Part shown: positions 21,700-25,324 of the stretch, one piece after another
How the letters are laid out: every line of letters begins with the position of its first letter
How positions within the stretch are numbered: position 1 is the first letter of the stretch
Source of the DNA: Chiloscyllium plagiosum
Taxonomy: Eukaryota
Direction: 5' to 3'
Assembly: GCF_004010195.1 (NCBI RefSeq)
Contig: NC_057718.1
Location: forward strand, 102,130,059-102,155,382
Length of the DNA stretch: 25,324 nucleotides
The notes under the pieces: model-generated
The model's database searches: none
What the model saw: only the letters and a program-made list of their open reading frames with translations
Told to the model about the DNA's origin: nothing
Made by a program: the position numbers and the translations under genes

Positions 21700-21918
21700 A
21701 TCTAGAAAGGGGTGGCACTGGAAAAGCACAGCAGGTCAGGCTGCATCCGAGGAGCAGGACAGTCAGTATTTCAGGCATATGCCCTTCATTCCTGATGAAG
21801 GGTGTCTGACCAAAATGTTGACTCTCCTGCTCCTCGGATGCCGCCTGACCTGCTCTGCTTTTCCAGCACCACACTCCTCGACTCTGACTCTCCAGCATCT
21901 GCAGTCCTCACTTTCTCC
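21700..21918 (+). mobile_element. Palindromic element (family A)
   Basis: Inverted arms around CTTCATTCCTGATGAAGGG; ends CACTTTCTCC. Confidence 0.8.
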
Positions 21919-21929
21919 GGTTAAGTTAG

Positions 21930-22460
21930 AAACTCAGTTCGTGTTGTGAGGACTTGCGTTTGAATCCTGCCACAACACATGGTGGAGTTTGAATTCAATA
22001 CAAAAAAAGAATGGAATTAAGAATGATGAAACCATTGTTGACTGTCGGGAAAAGCCCATCTTGCTCACTAACGTCCCGCAGGAAGGGAAACCTGCCATCC
22101 TTACCTGGTCTGATCTACACGTGACTCCAGACCCACACCAAGGTTGTTGACTCTCAACTGCCCTCTGAAATGGCCAAGCAAGCCACTCAGTTCTATCAAC
22201 TGCTAGAAAGTCTCAACAAAGAAATCAAACCGGACAAACCACCCGACATCAAGCCAGGCACTGGAAAAGACAATAACAGAAACAGCCCTGTAGACCCTGC
22301 AAATTCCCTCCCTAAAGGCATTGTGGGCCAACCTACAGCAAATGGGCTATAGTGATTCCAGAAGGCAACTCACCTCCAACTTCTTCAGAGCTAACTAGTG
22401 ACTGACAATAATTGCAGGCCCACCCAATGACATCCACATCCCATGTGCGAATAAAAATAA
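21930..22460 (+). mobile_element. tRNA-derived SINE with longer LINE-derived tail
   Basis: Homologous to 16631-16975; 3' part matches the 4215-4400 LINE tail. Confidence 0.7.
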
Positions 22461-22559
22461 AGTGTCGGGGTGTCCTTCCAGACATCTGGCTCTGGCCTCA
22501 TCAGCATGTAGGAAGTTCTTAGGTATGCAATGAACTTCCTGAGAAAGTGATGAATGTTG

Positions 22560-22717
22560 ACACAATTACAATGTTTAAAAGACATTTGGATTTTAATAGA
22601 TGAATAGGGAGGGATATGGGCCAGGAGCAGGCATGTGGGATGAGTTTAGTTTGGGATTATGTTCAGCATGGACCGGTTGGTGTTTCCATGCTGTGTGACT
22701 CTATGACTCCATATGAC
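22560..22717 (+). mobile_element. CR1 LINE 3' end
   Basis: Similar to 436-585. Confidence 0.7.
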
Positions 22718-23739
22718 TGCCTCAACCTACAGCTGACAATGTCTGAAGAACCCTGACCTTCCTGGGAGCTTTGCCTTTGAGAGGAGCCCCTCCCCTCCTC
22801 ACTTTGTAATGGACCATGGAAATGAGGGTCAGAGGTCAGTTTGTTAATCAGTATTCCCACACTTTACGGGCATAAACTCCACAAAAGAGCTTCTATTTAG
22901 GTAAGTTAGATTTTCTCCCCCTAATCAACTTGTTCAGAGATGTTCTGACACACCACTTGAGCAAGTGGGACTTAAACCTAGGCCTCCTAGGTCAGAAGTA
23001 GGGACACTACTACTGCTCTGTAAGGGCCCTTCCAATGTTAGATATAGCATGATCATTGGTTTAATCCTCGATTTGATTAAAAATACTTAACTGAATCGAA
23101 ACCATTGCCTTCAGAAGAACAAAGTGGCCTGTAAATAAAGATTTTAATGAGATGTGTTCCATCCTTGCAAGTTTGTCATTTGCTCTAATTGTGCAGACAG
23201 ACACCTGTTACTCTTTGAGATCAATAAAAACGACTTGTTGTGCCCGTGTGTGTCCAGCTTTATAATTTAGCTATTAAAGTCTGAGTGGCTGGCACAGTTG
23301 TTAGCCCTGTTTAATGCTACACAGCCGCTATTTTTACCTCGTGTAATAAGACCAGCTTTCAATACATCACATTGTCCAACAACACACATCAACTTAATGA
23401 TGACACGACATTGCCATTTGAGAGGTTGATGGTCCATCTGATTTCACAGTTTTCTGAATGCTTCTTTCTGTATTTACTTTGGCACGAAAATAGACTCCAG
23501 CCTCAGATGTGTTGATTGAACAGACACGTCAACGTGCAAATTACAACTCTCCTCCAATCCAGACACGACCAGCCTCTGTCTCCATCTGATAGGCTATTGA
23601 ATACAGCTTCCATAGTGAAGACTTCGTAAAGGAACTCACAAACAGTTGAACGAGAAAGGAACAAATTGCAAGGATGAAGAATTGGATGAAACCGAGGGAG
23701 AATAGGGAACCGGGCAATGTACTGCACTGTGTTAATGAC

Positions 23740-24067
23740 AAGACCTTCCACATCCCCAACCACCACCATCTAGGAAGATGAGGGCAGCAGATGGATTGGA
23801 ACACCGACTACCTATAAGTTCCTTTCTGAGTTGCAAATCTCAAGTCACTCCCCATCCTGACTTGGAAATATATCACCATTGTTTTTATTATCAATAATGT
23901 GTCAAAGCCCTGGCACTCCCTCCAGATAAGAAGGGTTTGGAGGGATATGGGCCGGGTGCTGGCAGGTGGGACTAGATTGGGTTGGGATATCTGGTCGGCA
24001 TGGACGGGTTGGACCGATGGGTCTGTTTCCATGCTGTACATCTCTATGACTCTATGACTCTATGACT
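23740..24067 (+). mobile_element. CR1/L2-like fragment (23740-23922) followed by a CR1 3' end (23925-24067)
   Basis: Similarity to 9500-9660 and to 436-585; (TCTATGAC)3 tail. Confidence 0.75.
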
Positions 24068-24199
24068 GACACCTATAGGGGTTGATAGGAAGGGTGAGGG
24101 CAGTAACAAATTAAAAATATTACATATGAATTTGACCGAAGGGTCTGTTTCCATGCTGTACATCTCTATGACTCTATGACTGACACCTATAGGGGTTGA

Positions 24200-25324
24200 T
24201 AGGAAGGGTGAGGGCAGTAACAAATTAAAAATACTACATATGAATGCACAAAGTATTAGAAATAAGATGGATGAGCTTGAGGATCTTTTGGAAATTGTCA
24301 GCTACGATATTGTGGGGATAACTGAGACGTGGCTTCAAGTGGACAGGGCCTGGGAAATGAATATTCAAGGCTATACGTGCTATCGTAAGAACAGACTGAT
24401 GGGCAGAGGGGGTGGGGTGGCCATGTTGGTAAGGGATGATATTCAGTCCCTTGCACGGGGGGACCTAAAATCAGGGAATGTAGAGTCAGTATGGATAGAG
24501 CTGAGAAATTCTAAGGGTAGAAAGACCCTCTTGGGAGTTATCTACAGGCCCCCAAATGGTAGTATGGATGTAGGGTGTAAGTTGAATAAGGAGCTGAAAT
24601 TGGCCTGTCGCAAAGATGTTACTACAGTTGTTATGGGAGATTTTGTGGAGTGCCTCCGAGATGGATTCTTAGAACAGCTGGTGCTGGAGCCGACCAGGGA
24701 GAAGGCAATTCTGGATCTGGTATTGTGCAACGAACCAGAATTGATCAGGGACCTCGAAGTGAATGAGCCATTAGGAAGTAGTGACCATAATACTATAAGC
24801 TTCAATCTGCAATTTGAAAGGGAGAGGATACAATCGGTAGTGACAATATTTCAGTTGAATAAAGGGAACTATGGAGTTATGAGGGAGGAGCTGGGCCAAA
24901 GTACAATGGTGCAATACCTTAGCAGGGATGACAGTGGAGGAACAGTGACAGATATTTCTGGGTATAATGCAGAAGTTGCAGGATCAGTTCATTCCAAAAA
25001 GGAAGAAAGATCCTAGGAGGAGGCAGGGGTGGCCGTGGCTGACGAGAGAAGTTAAGAAACATATAAAGTCAAAAGAGAAAAAGTGGAACATAGCAAAGAT
25101 AAGTGGGAAAACTGAGGACTGGGAAGCTTTTAAAGAACAACAGAGGATTACTAAGAAGGAAATACGCAGAGAAAAAATGAGGTACGAAGGTAAACTGGCC
25201 AAACATATAAAGGAGGATAGTAAAAGCTTTTTTAGGTATGTGAAAGGCAAAAAAATGGTTAAGACCAAAATTGGGCCCTTGAAGACAGAAACAGGGGATT
25301 ACGGGGAACAAAGAAATGGCAGAA
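24200..25324 (+). pseudogene. CR1 LINE ORF2 APE endonuclease region, disrupted, running off the window
   Basis: Motifs NAQSIRNK, GITETW, GGGVA, GVIYRPP, MGDF, LDLVL and SDH; apparent deletion after GDF; frameshift near 24897, continuing into PWLTREV..DSKSFFRYVK. Confidence 0.92.

Noticed and set aside
1235..21898. Recurrent small ORFs such as MLPDLLCFSS / WCWKSTAGQAAS as a peptide family
   Set aside because: They are chance translations of the palindromic element arms with no consistent start or stop
6770..23020. tRNA-like segments at about 6770-6840, 9800-9890 and 22940-23020 as tRNA genes
   Set aside because: No full cloverleaf; they look like degraded SINE heads
23494..23700. Plus-strand mini-exon TPASDVLIEQ...VSI* or hydrophobic minus-strand ORF
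   Set aside because: Weak splice context, no partner exons and no recognisable homology
24240..25016. 258-aa ORF as a host nuclease gene
   Set aside because: It is a disrupted CR1 endonuclease domain

Overview
Vertebrate (not microbial) genomic DNA. The HE1-type V-SINEs, CR1 LINEs and Deu-domain SINE point to an elasmobranch (shark), which is an inference. The window is mostly interspersed repeats. There is weak-to-moderate evidence for the 3' end of an unidentified minus-strand gene, with a 238-nt internal exon at 17067-17304 and a terminal exon at 5144-5249. Two observations stand out. (1) At 7755-8979 at least four Tx1-clade retrotransposon 3' ends are stacked head-to-tail, separated by four identical copies of the 15-mer ATAAACAGAAGTGTC, which overlaps the TATA box of an LTR-like host. 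This suggests repeated site-specific insertion into another element's promoter. (2) About ten short elements, mostly fold-back palindromes, carry intact or decayed minimal hammerhead-ribozyme cores of the Penelope type, and seven are flanked by 11-15 bp target-site duplications (TSDs). Most ORF-track entries are repeat-derived noise. Repeat boundaries are approximate and family names were assigned by eye, without database searches.
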